A DNA stretch of 64,000 bases from NCBI GenBank assembly GCA_965214705.1, contig OZ243972.1, positions 1,696,001 to 1,760,000 on the forward strand. Reading direction: 5' to 3'. A model generated the notes under the pieces. That model saw only the letters and a program-made list of their open reading frames with translations. It ran no database searches and was not told where the DNA came from. Origin of the DNA: Alphaproteobacteria bacterium (GTDB lineage: Bacteria > Pseudomonadota > Alphaproteobacteria > UBA828). A program made the translations under genes and the position numbers. This document shows, one piece after another, positions 32,019 through 48,712 of this stretch (positions are counted from its first letter, which is position 1; every line of letters starts with the position of its first letter).

Positions 32019-32056
32019 GCCCCACAAGCGGCCGCGACCGTGGTGAGTAATCCGGA

Positions 32057-33901
32057 CTATTCGACGATGTGGTAGACGGGGGCCTTCTCCATGGCCCATT
32101 CGCCGGAGTCACGATCGTAGCGAGACAGCGTGAAGCAGTGCCAGTCGGCGTCATCCAGCTTCGGATGATCGCCCCGGTAGTAGTATCCCGGCCACCGCGT
32201 CTCGGTCCTGTACATCGTGTGGTGGGTCACGGCCTCCGAGGCCAGGACCCGGTGGTGAAGCTCCCACGCCCGCTGTAGCTGGTGCAGGTCCTCGGCCCCC
32301 AGGTGGTCGAGGTCCTCCTTAAGCATGCCGAGCAGCTCCAGCCCGCGCGTGAGCATGGGCTGGTTCGTCGTGTAGGCGGCGCTGATGCCGCCGACGTACT
32401 CGTCCATGATCTTCTCAAGGCGCTGAAGGCCGTGAAGCGGCAGGATGTAGCTCGGCGAGACCGTGCCCGCGACGATCTCGTTGCGATGGACCCGGTAGGT
32501 CTCCAGGGGCTGGAAGATGACCGTCTTGAGGTCCTCGTACTCTTCCTCGCTGACTTGCGGCTGCTCGCCCTTCAGGTCGTTGACGTAGTTGACCGCCGCT
32601 TTGCCGGCGATCCGGCCTTCCGTGTAGGAGCCCGACGAGAACTTGTGGGCTGAGCCGCCGATGGTGTCGCCGGCGCCGAACAGCCCGTCGACGGTCATCA
32701 TCCGGTTGTAGCCCCACTGGTAGTCCGCCGGCGCGCAGTCTTCCGGGCCGCTCGCCCAGGCGCCCGAGCATGTGGCGTGCGAGCCCATGACGTAGGGCTC
32801 CGACGTGGTCAGCTCCGGATTGGTGTGCTTGGGATCGATGTTCTGGGAGGCCCAGACCACCGCCTGCCCGATGGTCATGCCCAGGAAATTCTCCCAGCCG
32901 ACCTGCTCCTTGTGGGGGTCGGCGAAGGCCTCCTTCGTCACCATGCGGATCGGCCCTCGGCCCGCCTTGACCTCCTCCAGGAAGGCGTGGTTGCGCAGGC
33001 ACGTCGGCACCGGGTGCATGTCGATGTAGTCGCCCACCAGCGCCTTGGTCTGGTCGTACCACTTGGACTCGTACTCCTCCCCATAGGCGTTCTCGGTGTA
33101 GGTCTTGAGGTGGAGGAAGTAGGCGCCGACCGGGCCGTAGCCGTCCTTGAAGCGGGTCAGGACGATCCGGTTCTCCATCTGGGTCATCTTGGCGCCGACG
33201 AGAATCGGCAGCGCGTAGGCGGACGCGCTGCTCCAGGGCGCGTACCAGGTCCGCCCCATGCCTTCGCCCACCGCACGGGGCTTGAAGATGTGCGACGCGC
33301 CGCCGGCAGAGACGATGACGGCCTTCGCGCGGAAGACGTAGAACTCCCCGCTGCGGACGTTGAACCCGACCGCGCCTGCAACCCGGTTGGGCTTGGCTCG
33401 GTCCGTCAACAAGTGGGTCACCATGATCCGGTTGTAGACTTCCGTGGCGGCCTTGCGCGCGGCTTCCGCGACGATGGGCTTGTAGCTCTCGCCGTGGATC
33501 ATGATCTGCCACTTGCCTTCCCGCTGATAACGCCCGGTCTCCGGGTCCCGCATGATGGGAAGGCCCCACTCCTCGAACTTGTGCACCGTGGAATCCACGT
33601 GCCGGGCGATGTCGTAGCCAAGGTCCTCCCGCACCAGCCCCATGAGGTCGTTCCGGGCGTAGCGGACATGGTCCTCGGGCTGGTTCTCGTTCCACTGCAT
33701 GCCCATGTAGCAGTTGATCGCGTAGAGGCCCTGGGCCACGGCGCCGCTGCGCTCGATGTTCGCCTTCTCGGCGCAGACCACCTTCAGGTCGCGCCCCCAG
33801 TAGCCGGCTTCGTAGGTCGCCCCGCAGCCGGCCATGCCGCCGCCGATGACGAGGATGTCCGCGTCGACGAAGACCGTCTTGCGGCGCGAGAACAGGCCCA
33901 C
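32057..33901 (-). CDS. aprA: Adenylylsulfate reductase alpha subunit
   Basis: RSGAVAQGLYAINCY, GKWQIMIHGESYKP, HKFSSGSYTEG, ETRWPGYY; GTG start overlaps the aprB stop. Confidence 0.96.
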   Translation of the reverse strand: MGLFSRRKTVFVDADILVIGGGMAGCGATYEAGYWGRDLKVVCAEKANIERSGAVAQGLYAINCYMGMQWNENQPEDHVRYARNDLMGLVREDLGYDIARHVDSTVHKFEEWGLPIMRDPETGRYQREGKWQIMIHGESYKPIVAEAARKAATEVYNRIMVTHLLTDRAKPNRVAGAVGFNVRSGEFYVFRAKAVIVSAGGASHIFKPRAVGEGMGRTWYAPWSSASAYALPILVGAKMTQMENRIVLTRFKDGYGPVGAYFLHLKTYTENAYGEEYESKWYDQTKALVGDYIDMHPVPTCLRNHAFLEEVKAGRGPIRMVTKEAFADPHKEQVGWENFLGMTIGQAVVWASQNIDPKHTNPELTTSEPYVMGSHATCSGAWASGPEDCAPADYQWGYNRMMTVDGLFGAGDTIGGSAHKFSSGSYTEGRIAGKAAVNYVNDLKGEQPQVSEEEYEDLKTVIFQPLETYRVHRNEIVAGTVSPSYILPLHGLQRLEKIMDEYVGGISAAYTTNQPMLTRGLELLGMLKEDLDHLGAEDLHQLQRAWELHHRVLASEAVTHHTMYRTETRWPGYYYRGDHPKLDDADWHCFTLSRYDRDSGEWAMEKAPVYHIVE

Positions 33902-34362
33902 TAGAGGAGTCCCTGCTTGAAGCGCTCCGGTGCCATCGCGGGCAGCGCGTCCACGTTGAGCGCGTCCGGCTCGTGCGCCAGCTCCTGGGATTTCATCGCG
34001 TCCGCGGTGGGCGCCTCGTAGTCGGCCGGCGGCTTGATCGAGCCCCAAGGCGTGGTCCGGATGGGAGAAACGAAGTCCTTCTCCTCGCCGTCCCGGAACT
34101 TGATCTTCCAGGAAATGGTGCCCTTCGCCTCTTCCCTCAGCGCCCGGACGCTGTGCCCCATGGGCGCGAAGTCGGCATAGCCGCGGCAGTCGATGGCATG
34201 CTGCGGGCACGCCTTCACGCAGGAGTAGCACTCCCAGCACATGTTGGGCTCGATGTTGTAGGCGCGCCGGTAGGTCTTATCGATGTGCATGATGTCGGAC
34301 GGGCAGATGTCGACGCAGTAGCCGCAGCCGTCGCACCGGGTCATGTAGACGAAGGTCGGCAT
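33901..34362 (-). CDS. aprB: Adenylylsulfate reductase beta subunit
   Basis: MPTFVYMTRCDGCGYCVDICP, CWECYSCVKACP, RGYADF. Confidence 0.97.
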   Translation of the reverse strand: MPTFVYMTRCDGCGYCVDICPSDIMHIDKTYRRAYNIEPNMCWECYSCVKACPQHAIDCRGYADFAPMGHSVRALREEAKGTISWKIKFRDGEEKDFVSPIRTTPWGSIKPPADYEAPTADAMKSQELAHEPDALNVDALPAMAPERFKQGLL

Positions 34363-34405
34363 GGGGTTCGGTACTCTCCTCTATCGAAGACCGATGGTGG
34401 GCCGA

Positions 34406-35182
34406 TCAGTAGTGCCGGGGCCGTTCGCGGGCAATGCCGAGCGTTTCGGGCTCGTCGGCAGGGGCCGGCAGGTTGCTCCTCGAACCGGCCGCCTCCGACA
34501 CCCGCTTCTCGAGGGCCGCCGCTGGCTTGAAGAACATGTGCGAGAACTTGGACCACGGAACGGAGCCGAACAGCACCGTCGTGGCGATGAGGTAGAGCAC
34601 GAGAACGATGTACGTCCCCCAGCTCTCGACCGACTGCAGCGCAGCCCAGATCAGCCCCAGCGACGTGGTGGCGAGAAGCGAGAGGATGAAGAGGTCGGCG
34701 CGCATGATACGGAAGGGCTTGTGGCCCTCGGCCGACACGTCCACCCGAATGAAGAACCAGAACCAGTAACCACCGAGGCAGACCAGCAAGGCGCCTGCGA
34801 TCCAGAGCTGGGGCAGGACGGCGGGCGTCGCCGCGGCGGGGCAGAACACCATGACGACGGTGGTCACGACGTAGAGCAGGAAGCCGTACATGGTCAGCAG
34901 GTGGGCGACCCGGCGGCGCCCGAGACCGAATTCGGCGGAGGTCAGGACCTCCACCAAAGCGGTCTGGATCGCGAGCGACAGTATTTTCCCGCCGCCGACC
35001 TTCTGTGTGCCCTTGCCCCGTGAGTTCCGCCAACTCGCGAAGAAATAAGCGGCGCTCCCCTTGTGCCAGACGTCGAACAGGGTGCCGCCCACGACCAGCG
35101 CGATCATGACGCCGACGTAGGCCTGAATCGCGGAGGACGGTATGGACTCCGCAAGCACGGCAAAGGGATTACTGGTGAACAC
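34406..35182 (-). CDS. aprM: Adenylylsulfate reductase membrane anchor
   Basis: NPFA.L, TLFDVWHKGSA.YF, AHLLTMYG, WSKFSHMFFKP; directly upstream of aprB. Confidence 0.9.
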   Translation of the reverse strand: MFTSNPFAVLAESIPSSAIQAYVGVMIALVVGGTLFDVWHKGSAAYFFASWRNSRGKGTQKVGGGKILSLAIQTALVEVLTSAEFGLGRRRVAHLLTMYGFLLYVVTTVVMVFCPAAATPAVLPQLWIAGALLVCLGGYWFWFFIRVDVSAEGHKPFRIMRADLFILSLLATTSLGLIWAALQSVESWGTYIVLVLYLIATTVLFGSVPWSKFSHMFFKPAAALEKRVSEAAGSRSNLPAPADEPETLGIARERPRHY

Positions 35183-35265
35183 GTTATTCCCCCGGTCGGC
35201 CTGGTCCGTTCAACGCCGGGCGCGACTGTATCGATTCATCCGGTGGAAGGGTAACATATATCCTA

Positions 35266-35279
35266 TGTAACCGGTTACA
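35266..35279. promoter_or_regulatory. Perfect 14-bp palindrome upstream of aprM, probable operator
   Basis: TGTAACCGGTTACA in the AT-rich intergenic region. Confidence 0.55.
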
Positions 35280-35295
35280 AAGGCCAGTGCGCCGG

Positions 35296-36702
35296 TCAGC
35301 CATCGGCGTCCAGCGCTGGCACGGGCAAGCCACTCGGCACGCTCTCGGGGACGATGAGGGCGCGGCTCTCGGCCTGGGCATCCTCCAGGCTGTGCAGGAA
35401 GGCGAGGAGGCTCGCGCGCTCGTCCTCGCTGAGCGCGATGCCGCGCCTGAGCATGGGTGAAAAGCTTTTGCGGCGCAGCGCGTCGGCCTCGGACTCGTTC
35501 GGTGCCGCCGCGGGCGGGGCAAGATGGAGCGCGATGGCGTCGGCCAGGCTCGTGACGGCCCCGCTGTGGAAATAGGGCGCGGTCAGTGTGACGTTGCGGA
35601 GCGGCGGCGTGCGGAACTGATACAGGTTCCGGGGAATTCGCGTCGCCTCGAAGCGCCCGCGGTCGTCGCCGCTTTCGTCGATACCGGGGCCGATCTGGGG
35701 CACGGCGAGGGAGTGGAACTGGAAGTCGCTCAAGAGCGGGCCGCTGTGGCAGGCGACGCAGCGGCCCTTGCCGTAGAAGAGCAGCGCGCCCCGCTTCGCC
35801 GCGGCGTCGAGCGCGCCCTTCTCGCCGGCGAGGTAGCGGTCCCACGGCGTCTCCTGCGTGACGAAGGCCAGTTCCTGGAAGTGACCGAGGGTGTTGGCGA
35901 GGTCGCCCATGGTGACGGTGCCGAGCAGCGTATCGGGAAACGCCTGGGCGATGAGCCGGCGGTAGGCGATCTGCCAGTCGGCGAGCGTCGTGCCAGCCTG
36001 GCCGAGCAGCCGGCGCATCAGCGCGTCGTGGACCGCGACGAAGCGCTGCGGCTCGAACTCGTCGAAGCCCGCCGCGGCCCGGGCGATCTCGTTGGGCTTG
36101 TCGCCGTGGCCGCCGGGAAGGTCGGGCGCCGAGCGGTCGTGCGGCAGGCCCAGCATCTCCTCCTCGCCGGCGAGCGGGAAGAGCGCCTGCGCCGCCAGCA
36201 CGCTCTCGATCCCATCCGGCAGGTAGTCCATCATCGGGGTCTGGAAGCGGCTCACCGGCGCCTCGATCTCGCTCACGCGCCCGTCCCAGAACATATTGCG
36301 CACGCTCGGGTGGCCGCGATTCCAGATATCCATCGTGTTGCGCGGGTGCACCCGCTCCGAGTCGAGCGCCCGACGCTCCTCCGCGAGGCCTGTGGCGCGG
36401 ACGCCCAAGGAGAGCGCCACGCCGTCCGACGTGCCGCGCCCCGGCAGGTGGCAGGTGGCGCAGGCCACGTCGCGCGTGCCGCTGAGGATGGGGTCGAAGA
36501 AGAGCAGCTGACCCAGGCGGAACTTGGGCGTAACCACCAGCGGCGGCGCCTCCAGGGGCTCGAGCCCGCGTGCGGCGATAACGCGGTCGAGCGCCGCGTC
36601 GAGGTCGTCGTCGGCCGCCAGTGCCGGCGTCGCTGCCACGCCGGCGAGGCAGAGCCACAGACAGAGGCAAAGCAGCACTATTGCAGGCCGAAGCGGCCGC
36701 AT
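35296..36702 (-). CDS. Di-heme cytochrome c peroxidase / MauG family
   Basis: Signal peptide, LFFDPILSG, CATCH, FWDGR, CVACH, FRTPPLRNV..TAPYFH. Confidence 0.92.
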   Translation of the reverse strand: MRPLRPAIVLLCLCLWLCLAGVAATPALAADDDLDAALDRVIAARGLEPLEAPPLVVTPKFRLGQLLFFDPILSGTRDVACATCHLPGRGTSDGVALSLGVRATGLAEERRALDSERVHPRNTMDIWNRGHPSVRNMFWDGRVSEIEAPVSRFQTPMMDYLPDGIESVLAAQALFPLAGEEEMLGLPHDRSAPDLPGGHGDKPNEIARAAAGFDEFEPQRFVAVHDALMRRLLGQAGTTLADWQIAYRRLIAQAFPDTLLGTVTMGDLANTLGHFQELAFVTQETPWDRYLAGEKGALDAAAKRGALLFYGKGRCVACHSGPLLSDFQFHSLAVPQIGPGIDESGDDRGRFEATRIPRNLYQFRTPPLRNVTLTAPYFHSGAVTSLADAIALHLAPPAAAPNESEADALRRKSFSPMLRRGIALSEDERASLLAFLHSLEDAQAESRALIVPESVPSGLPVPALDADG

Positions 36703-36812
36703 GACGGCAGTCTCTCAACCCATTCGGTCTAGGGACAGAGCTTAGCCCGGTTTTCCGGGCACGGTCATGGTCTGCGTCGCGCGGAACGTGCGCCGGGCGC
36801 GTGTCGCGCGGA

Positions 36813-38204
36813 CTATTGGGCGGCGACGCCTCCCATGGCGAGGGAGCTGGAGGCGCGGAAATCCACGTCCTTCGGGTGGCCGTCGAGGGCGCGGCGGATG
36901 GCGCGGTCGAGGCGCTCGGTGAAGGCTTCGATCTCCGCCTCGGTCACGGTGAGCGGCGGGCAGATGCGGAGGAAATTCTTCACGCAGATCACGATCACAC
37001 CGCCCAGTGCCGCATTGAGGCGGATGCGCTCGGCCATCGCGGGGTCGGGCGTGCGGGTCTCCTTGTCGCTCACGATGTCGAGCATCTGATAGAGCCCCTG
37101 GCCGCGCACGTCGCCGATCACCGCGTGGGCGTCGCGCAGGCGCTCCAGCGCGGTGCGGAGCACTTGGCCCATTGCGGCGGCGCGCTCGTCCAACCTGTCG
37201 CGCAGCACGATCTCCAGCTGCTTGTCGGCGACGGCGGCCGGCAGCGGGTCGCCGGAATAGGTGCCGGCCCACGGGAGCCCCGCCTTGCCGCGCGCCTGCT
37301 CCGCGATCTCGTGCGTGGTGACGGCACCGCAGATCGCAAGACCCGCGCTCATGCCCTTGGCGAAAGTGACGATATCGGGGGTCACGTCGTAGTGCTGGAA
37401 GCCCCAGAGTTTGCCCGTGCGCGCCGGCGCGAGCTGGGCCTCGTCCAGAACCAGCAACGCCCCCTCGGCCTCGGCAAGCTGTTTGAGCCGGGGCAGCCAT
37501 TCCGGCGGCGGCACCACCATGCCGCCCGCGACCAGCATGGTCTCCGCCAGCACCGCGGCGATGTCGCCCGAGGTGACGTGGTCGATCAGCTCGCGCGATT
37601 GCGTGAGGCAGGCCACGTCGCAGGCGGGGTATTCGAGGTTGATCGGGCAGCGGTAGCAGAAGGGCGCGTAGATCGCGGGCGCGTTGGCGGGCGCCAGCAG
37701 GGGCCCGAGATGGCGCCGCCGGGCGCCGCCGATGGTGGTCACGGATTCGACCGCGAGGCTGCCGCCGTGAAGGCCCCGGATCACCGAGAGGATGTCGTGC
37801 TTGCCGGTGACCGCGAGCGCCATGCGCATGGCGACCTCGTTCGCCTCCGAGCCCGTGACGGCGAAGTTCACCACCTCCAGCCCGTCCGGCAGGGTGCTGC
37901 CGATGCGCTCGGCGAAGCGCACGAGATTGGGGTTCGAGTACCAGGAGTTCTCGTGCCAGAGCTTGCCGGCCTCTGCGCGCATGACCTCCACCAGCTCGGG
38001 GTGGCAGTGGCCCAGCACGTTACACATCATGCCGGCGGTCAGGTCGTAATAGCGCTTGCCGTCGACGTCGTAGAGCCAGATGCCCTCGCCGCGCTCGAAC
38101 TGGATCGCCGGTTGGTAGCGCCAGCCGTAGACGCGCGCGGCATCCCGCGCCATCAGGTCGGCGTGGGCGTTAGAGGGCGCGTGGGAGGGCGCGGCGTCAG
38201 CCAT
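36813..38204 (-). CDS. Class III PLP aminotransferase
   Basis: TGSEANE, LVLDEAQ, PDIVTFAKG, GDVRGQGL. Confidence 0.92.
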   Translation of the reverse strand: MADAAPSHAPSNAHADLMARDAARVYGWRYQPAIQFERGEGIWLYDVDGKRYYDLTAGMMCNVLGHCHPELVEVMRAEAGKLWHENSWYSNPNLVRFAERIGSTLPDGLEVVNFAVTGSEANEVAMRMALAVTGKHDILSVIRGLHGGSLAVESVTTIGGARRRHLGPLLAPANAPAIYAPFCYRCPINLEYPACDVACLTQSRELIDHVTSGDIAAVLAETMLVAGGMVVPPPEWLPRLKQLAEAEGALLVLDEAQLAPARTGKLWGFQHYDVTPDIVTFAKGMSAGLAICGAVTTHEIAEQARGKAGLPWAGTYSGDPLPAAVADKQLEIVLRDRLDERAAAMGQVLRTALERLRDAHAVIGDVRGQGLYQMLDIVSDKETRTPDPAMAERIRLNAALGGVIVICVKNFLRICPPLTVTEAEIEAFTERLDRAIRRALDGHPKDVDFRASSSLAMGGVAAQ

Positions 38205-40536
38205 CGTGCGCGGCCGGGATGGCGATGGAAATGTCGCGCAGGATCGGGTCGGTGGCGACGGCGATCTCGTTCTCGATCTGCGCGCCGCAGCCGGGGCAGC
38301 AGAACAGCCGGAACTCGACGGGATCGTCCACGAAAAGGGAAGGATCGCCGATCAGCGGGTTCGACTCCGAGACCGGCCGCACGTCCTGCAGGCAGGCGTC
38401 CTTGTAGTTGGCATCGAGCGGGCCGAGCGACGCCCCGCAGTCACCGCAGGCCCAGTAGGCGCCTGAAGCATCTTCGCGTATGTCGAGGGAATCGGTCGCA
38501 CGCAGGCGCAGGTCGCCGTTGCGCTCAGGCTGCGGCGTCGCGCCGTTGGTGAGGCGTGCGAGGCGGTCGGCCTTGATCGCGGCCCGGTTGCGCTCGGTCG
38601 CCTCGACAGCGACGGTGGTGTCGTCCTCGCCCAGCACGGCCCCAAAAATCGCCCGAGCCGCCTCCGGCGTGACGTTCTGGTGCAGGAGGTCGTGCTGGAT
38701 CTTGGCGGGATCCCGCCGCATGGGATCGCCGAAGCCGCCGCCGCCGGACCAGCGCACCGCGTAGACATCCGCCGGGTTCTGGTCGAAGTTCTCTTGCCGC
38801 AGCTCCAGATGCTCGGGCCGGCCCGAGACCTGCGAACAGTCGTCGATCAAGCGGCTCTCGGCCATGCGCTCCAGAATGTCGCTCTCGCGGATAAACTGGT
38901 AGGCGTTGGTGGTGGAGGGGAAGCCCCCCATCATCCCCGTCGATGTCGGCGTCGCGTTGCCGGATGACAGCGTGTCCTGGGTGATGCGGTCGGTGTTGTG
39001 GGGGATGAAGCAGGTCTCGGCGGAGAGCCCGCCGCGGTAACGGCCGGCGCCGCCCGAATCCGGCAGCTCCTTGCGGTAGAGCACGAGCAGCGGGAAGTTC
39101 TGCTCGTTGTGCTCGACGTTGGGGAGCTGGCAGATCGGCGTGCGCGCCTGGCCGCCGGTGTTGATGCCGTCGGCGTGGGCGAAGGCGCCGATGGAGCCGC
39201 CGATGGGGTCGATCAGCAGGTAGCCGTAGCGCTCGCCCCACTGGTCGATGCCGCGGAAGAGCGTCGCCGGCCACTGACTGGTGCCGCCGATGCCCATGAT
39301 GTCGCCGCGCAGCTCTTCGTCCGAGAAGAGCATCTTGGAGATGGCGTTGTAGGCGGGATAAAGCGATATCTCCATGGACTGGGTGGGCGCGGTGGACACG
39401 CTGGCCGGGAAGTCGGCGCAGTTGAGCGTGCCTGCCGTCGGGTCGAAGTCGATGTGCCTGAGCGCGCCGCCCACCGCGAAATACTGGTCCCACGCGAGCA
39501 GTTCGTTGATCGCCACCATGACCGAGCCGCGCCAGCCGGAATAGGTGGCGTTCATGGCGCCGTCCTGCGGCGCGGTGCCGTCGTTGTCGAAGATCAGCCG
39601 GTTGCCCTTCTTGGTGACGGTGATCTGGACCCGGTGGGTGCGCCGGTCCCCCGGCCGGCAGGCCTCGACGTAGGTGCGGTCGCTCCAGGCGCCGTCGGGC
39701 AAGCGCTCCAGCTTGGCGAGGAAGGCGGTCTCGGCATTGTCGATGATGCGCTTCATCACGCCCTTGACCGTGCGCGGCCCGTAGCGGCGGACGAGCTGCA
39801 GCAAGCGCTCGCGCGCGCTCATGTTGCCGGCGAGCTGCGCGCGGAAATCGAGCGCCACCATCTCGGGCTTGCGGGAGGAGCGCAGGTAGAGCTCCTCGAT
39901 ATCGCGGCGGACCACGTCGTTCTCGACGATCTTCACCGGCGGAATAAGGATTCCTTCGTCGAAGGCGCTCTCGGCCGCCGGGCAGAAGCTCCCCGGCGTG
40001 ATGCCGCCGATGTCGTACTGATGCAGGCAGTTGGTGATCCAGCAGAAAAGCTCGCCCTCCCAGAACACCGGGCAGATCACCATCACGTCCATCTGGTGTG
40101 CGGCGCCGACCCAGGGATCGTTGGCGAGGAACATGTCGCCCTCGCGGATGCCGGGGTTGTCGCTGCGGTTCTCCAGGATCCACTTCACCTGCGTGTCGGT
40201 GACGCCCGACATGTACTGCATGTAGGGGCCGAAATAGACGAACTCGGCGTCCTCGGTGAGGATCGAGGGGTTGAGGTCGAGCGCGTAGATCGCGACCGGC
40301 GAGCCGGAGATGCGCTGGATCGTGGCGCCGTGCTCCTCGTTGATGTTCCAGAGATTGTGGCGAATTACCTCGTAGGTGACGGGATCGATTTGAGTTTCCC
40401 AGTCGCGGTGGAGGGTGAGCTTGTCGGAGATGCTGAGCTCGCGCGGCGGCACGTAGGGCTTGGCCACGCCGTCGAAGCTGGTCTCCGTCATCTCGCTGAT
40501 GCGCCGCATGGTCGCGACCTGTGGGCCGGTATTCAT
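38197..40536 (-). CDS. Hydantoinase B/oxoprolinase family protein with C-terminal acetone-carboxylase gamma-like domain
   Basis: DPVTYEV, GDMFLANDP, DSGGAGRYRGG, GGGGFGDP; C-terminal CGDC...CPGC. Confidence 0.85.
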   Translation of the reverse strand: MNTGPQVATMRRISEMTETSFDGVAKPYVPPRELSISDKLTLHRDWETQIDPVTYEVIRHNLWNINEEHGATIQRISGSPVAIYALDLNPSILTEDAEFVYFGPYMQYMSGVTDTQVKWILENRSDNPGIREGDMFLANDPWVGAAHQMDVMVICPVFWEGELFCWITNCLHQYDIGGITPGSFCPAAESAFDEGILIPPVKIVENDVVRRDIEELYLRSSRKPEMVALDFRAQLAGNMSARERLLQLVRRYGPRTVKGVMKRIIDNAETAFLAKLERLPDGAWSDRTYVEACRPGDRRTHRVQITVTKKGNRLIFDNDGTAPQDGAMNATYSGWRGSVMVAINELLAWDQYFAVGGALRHIDFDPTAGTLNCADFPASVSTAPTQSMEISLYPAYNAISKMLFSDEELRGDIMGIGGTSQWPATLFRGIDQWGERYGYLLIDPIGGSIGAFAHADGINTGGQARTPICQLPNVEHNEQNFPLLVLYRKELPDSGGAGRYRGGLSAETCFIPHNTDRITQDTLSSGNATPTSTGMMGGFPSTTNAYQFIRESDILERMAESRLIDDCSQVSGRPEHLELRQENFDQNPADVYAVRWSGGGGFGDPMRRDPAKIQHDLLHQNVTPEAARAIFGAVLGEDDTTVAVEATERNRAAIKADRLARLTNGATPQPERNGDLRLRATDSLDIREDASGAYWACGDCGASLGPLDANYKDACLQDVRPVSESNPLIGDPSLFVDDPVEFRLFCCPGCGAQIENEIAVATDPILRDISIAIPAAHDG

Positions 40537-40564
40537 GGTTCCGCCTCGTTCAGTCTCGTCCAGC

Positions 40565-41968
<1,404 letters not shown>

Positions 41969-41992
41969 GGCGGCTCCGGCAGGACATACGGG

Positions 41993-47029
<5,037 letters not shown>

Positions 47030-47030
<1 letters not shown>

Positions 47031-48199
47031 CAGCCCGCTCGCCCTATTGCCTGGACCACCTTTGCCGCCGCATCGCCGAGGTCGTCGGCCGCGATCAGGT
47101 CGATCCCCGCGCCATCCAGGATCGCCTTGCCCTTCTCCACATTGGTGCCCTCGAGCCGGACCACAAGGGGGAGGTCCAGCGATACCTCGCGCGCAGCCGC
47201 GACGATGCCCTCGGCGATGACGTCGCAGCGCATGATGCCGCCGAAGATGTTCACCAGGATGCCGCGCACGTTGGGGTCGGAGAGAATGATCTTGAAGGCC
47301 TCGGTGACCCGCTCGCGGGTAGCGCCGCCGCCGACATCGAGGAAGTTGGCGGGCTCGGCGCCATGAAGCTTGATGATGTCCATCGTCGCCATGGCGAGGC
47401 CCGCGCCGTTGACCATGCAGCCGATGTTGCCGTCGAGCTTGACGTAGCTCAGCTCGTGCTCGCCGGCGGCGCGCTCCGCCGGGTCTTCCTCGTCCGGATC
47501 GCGCAGCGCGGCGATCTCCCGCTGCCGGTAAAGCGCGTTGTCGTCGATGCTCACCTTGGCATCGAGGGCGATGAGCGTGCCCTTCGAGGTCTCGATCAGG
47601 GGGTTGATCTCCACCAGGCTGGCATCGGTGCCGAGCACCGCGTCGTAGACCGCGCGCCCGAGCCTGCCTGCTGCCTTCGCCGCCTCGCCGGAGAGGCCGA
47701 GACCGAAGGCGAGGCTGCGTGCGTGGTGGGGCTGGAAGCCGCTCGCGGGATCGACCGGCACGGTCACGATGGCCTGCGGGTTCTCGGCGGCGACTGTCTC
47801 AATCTCGACGCCGCCCTCAGCTGAGGCGATGAGCGCGACGCGTCCGCTCTCGCGGTCGACCACGGCGCCGAGGTAGTACTCGTGGGCGATGTCGGCGCCT
47901 TCCTCCAGGTAGACCCGGCGCACCTCGCGGCCGCCGGGTCCGGTCTGATGGGTGACGAGCACCTTGCCGAACATGGCGCTGGCCGCCGCGACCGCCTCGT
48001 CGCGGTCCTTGCACACCTTGACCCCGCCGGCCTTGCCGCGCCCGCCGGCATGTATCTGCGCCTTGACCACCCAGACCGGGCCGCCGAGCTCGTCCACGGC
48101 AGCTTCGATTCCGTCTGGCACAAGCACCGGCACGCCGCGCGGCACCGGCACGCCGAACCCTGCCAGCACCTGCTTGGCCTGATATTCGTGGAGGTTCAT
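47030..48199 (-). CDS. sucC: Succinyl-CoA synthetase beta
   Basis: [31 protein letters not shown]. Confidence 0.97.
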
Positions 48200-48712
48200 G
48201 GGGCCGTCCCGCCGCGCGAGGATCGAGGGCGGGCCGTTATAGCACTCCCCCGCCCGCCCCGGCTATCGCGACGGCCCGCGTGAAAGGGACCCGAACGGGG
48301 ACGCGTTCGGGTCGTGGGGTGCCCCGCCGGAACTTGGTTCGGCGGGGCCTACCGTGGTAGCGCGACGATTACCGGTCCATTCAAACTTTCGAACTTATGC
48401 CCGTGCATCACGCGTTTTAGTTTTCGCTCTGTCTCACGAACAAATTCATGTGTTTCAGGAATCGTGATATTATTTTTTTAAAATACTCCGATTTATATTG
48501 ACAAATATACCGAATTAGAGACTCTCGGAACAAGGCTTATGCGCTTGATCGAACAGAATGGTATGCGCGCTCGAAGCATCAACGACGGGACGGATGCGCA
48601 AGATCGATGTCCGGCAGTCGCTGTGGAGGAGACGCGTTGGTTGGTTGGCGATGTTGGGGCACCAGGGGTGGAGTTCCATTCGGTTCGCTGACACGGTCGT
48701 TTGGAGATAGCG

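Noticed and set aside
48498-48526. TTGACA upstream of the RpiR gene
   Set aside because: No convincing -10 element at the right spacing.
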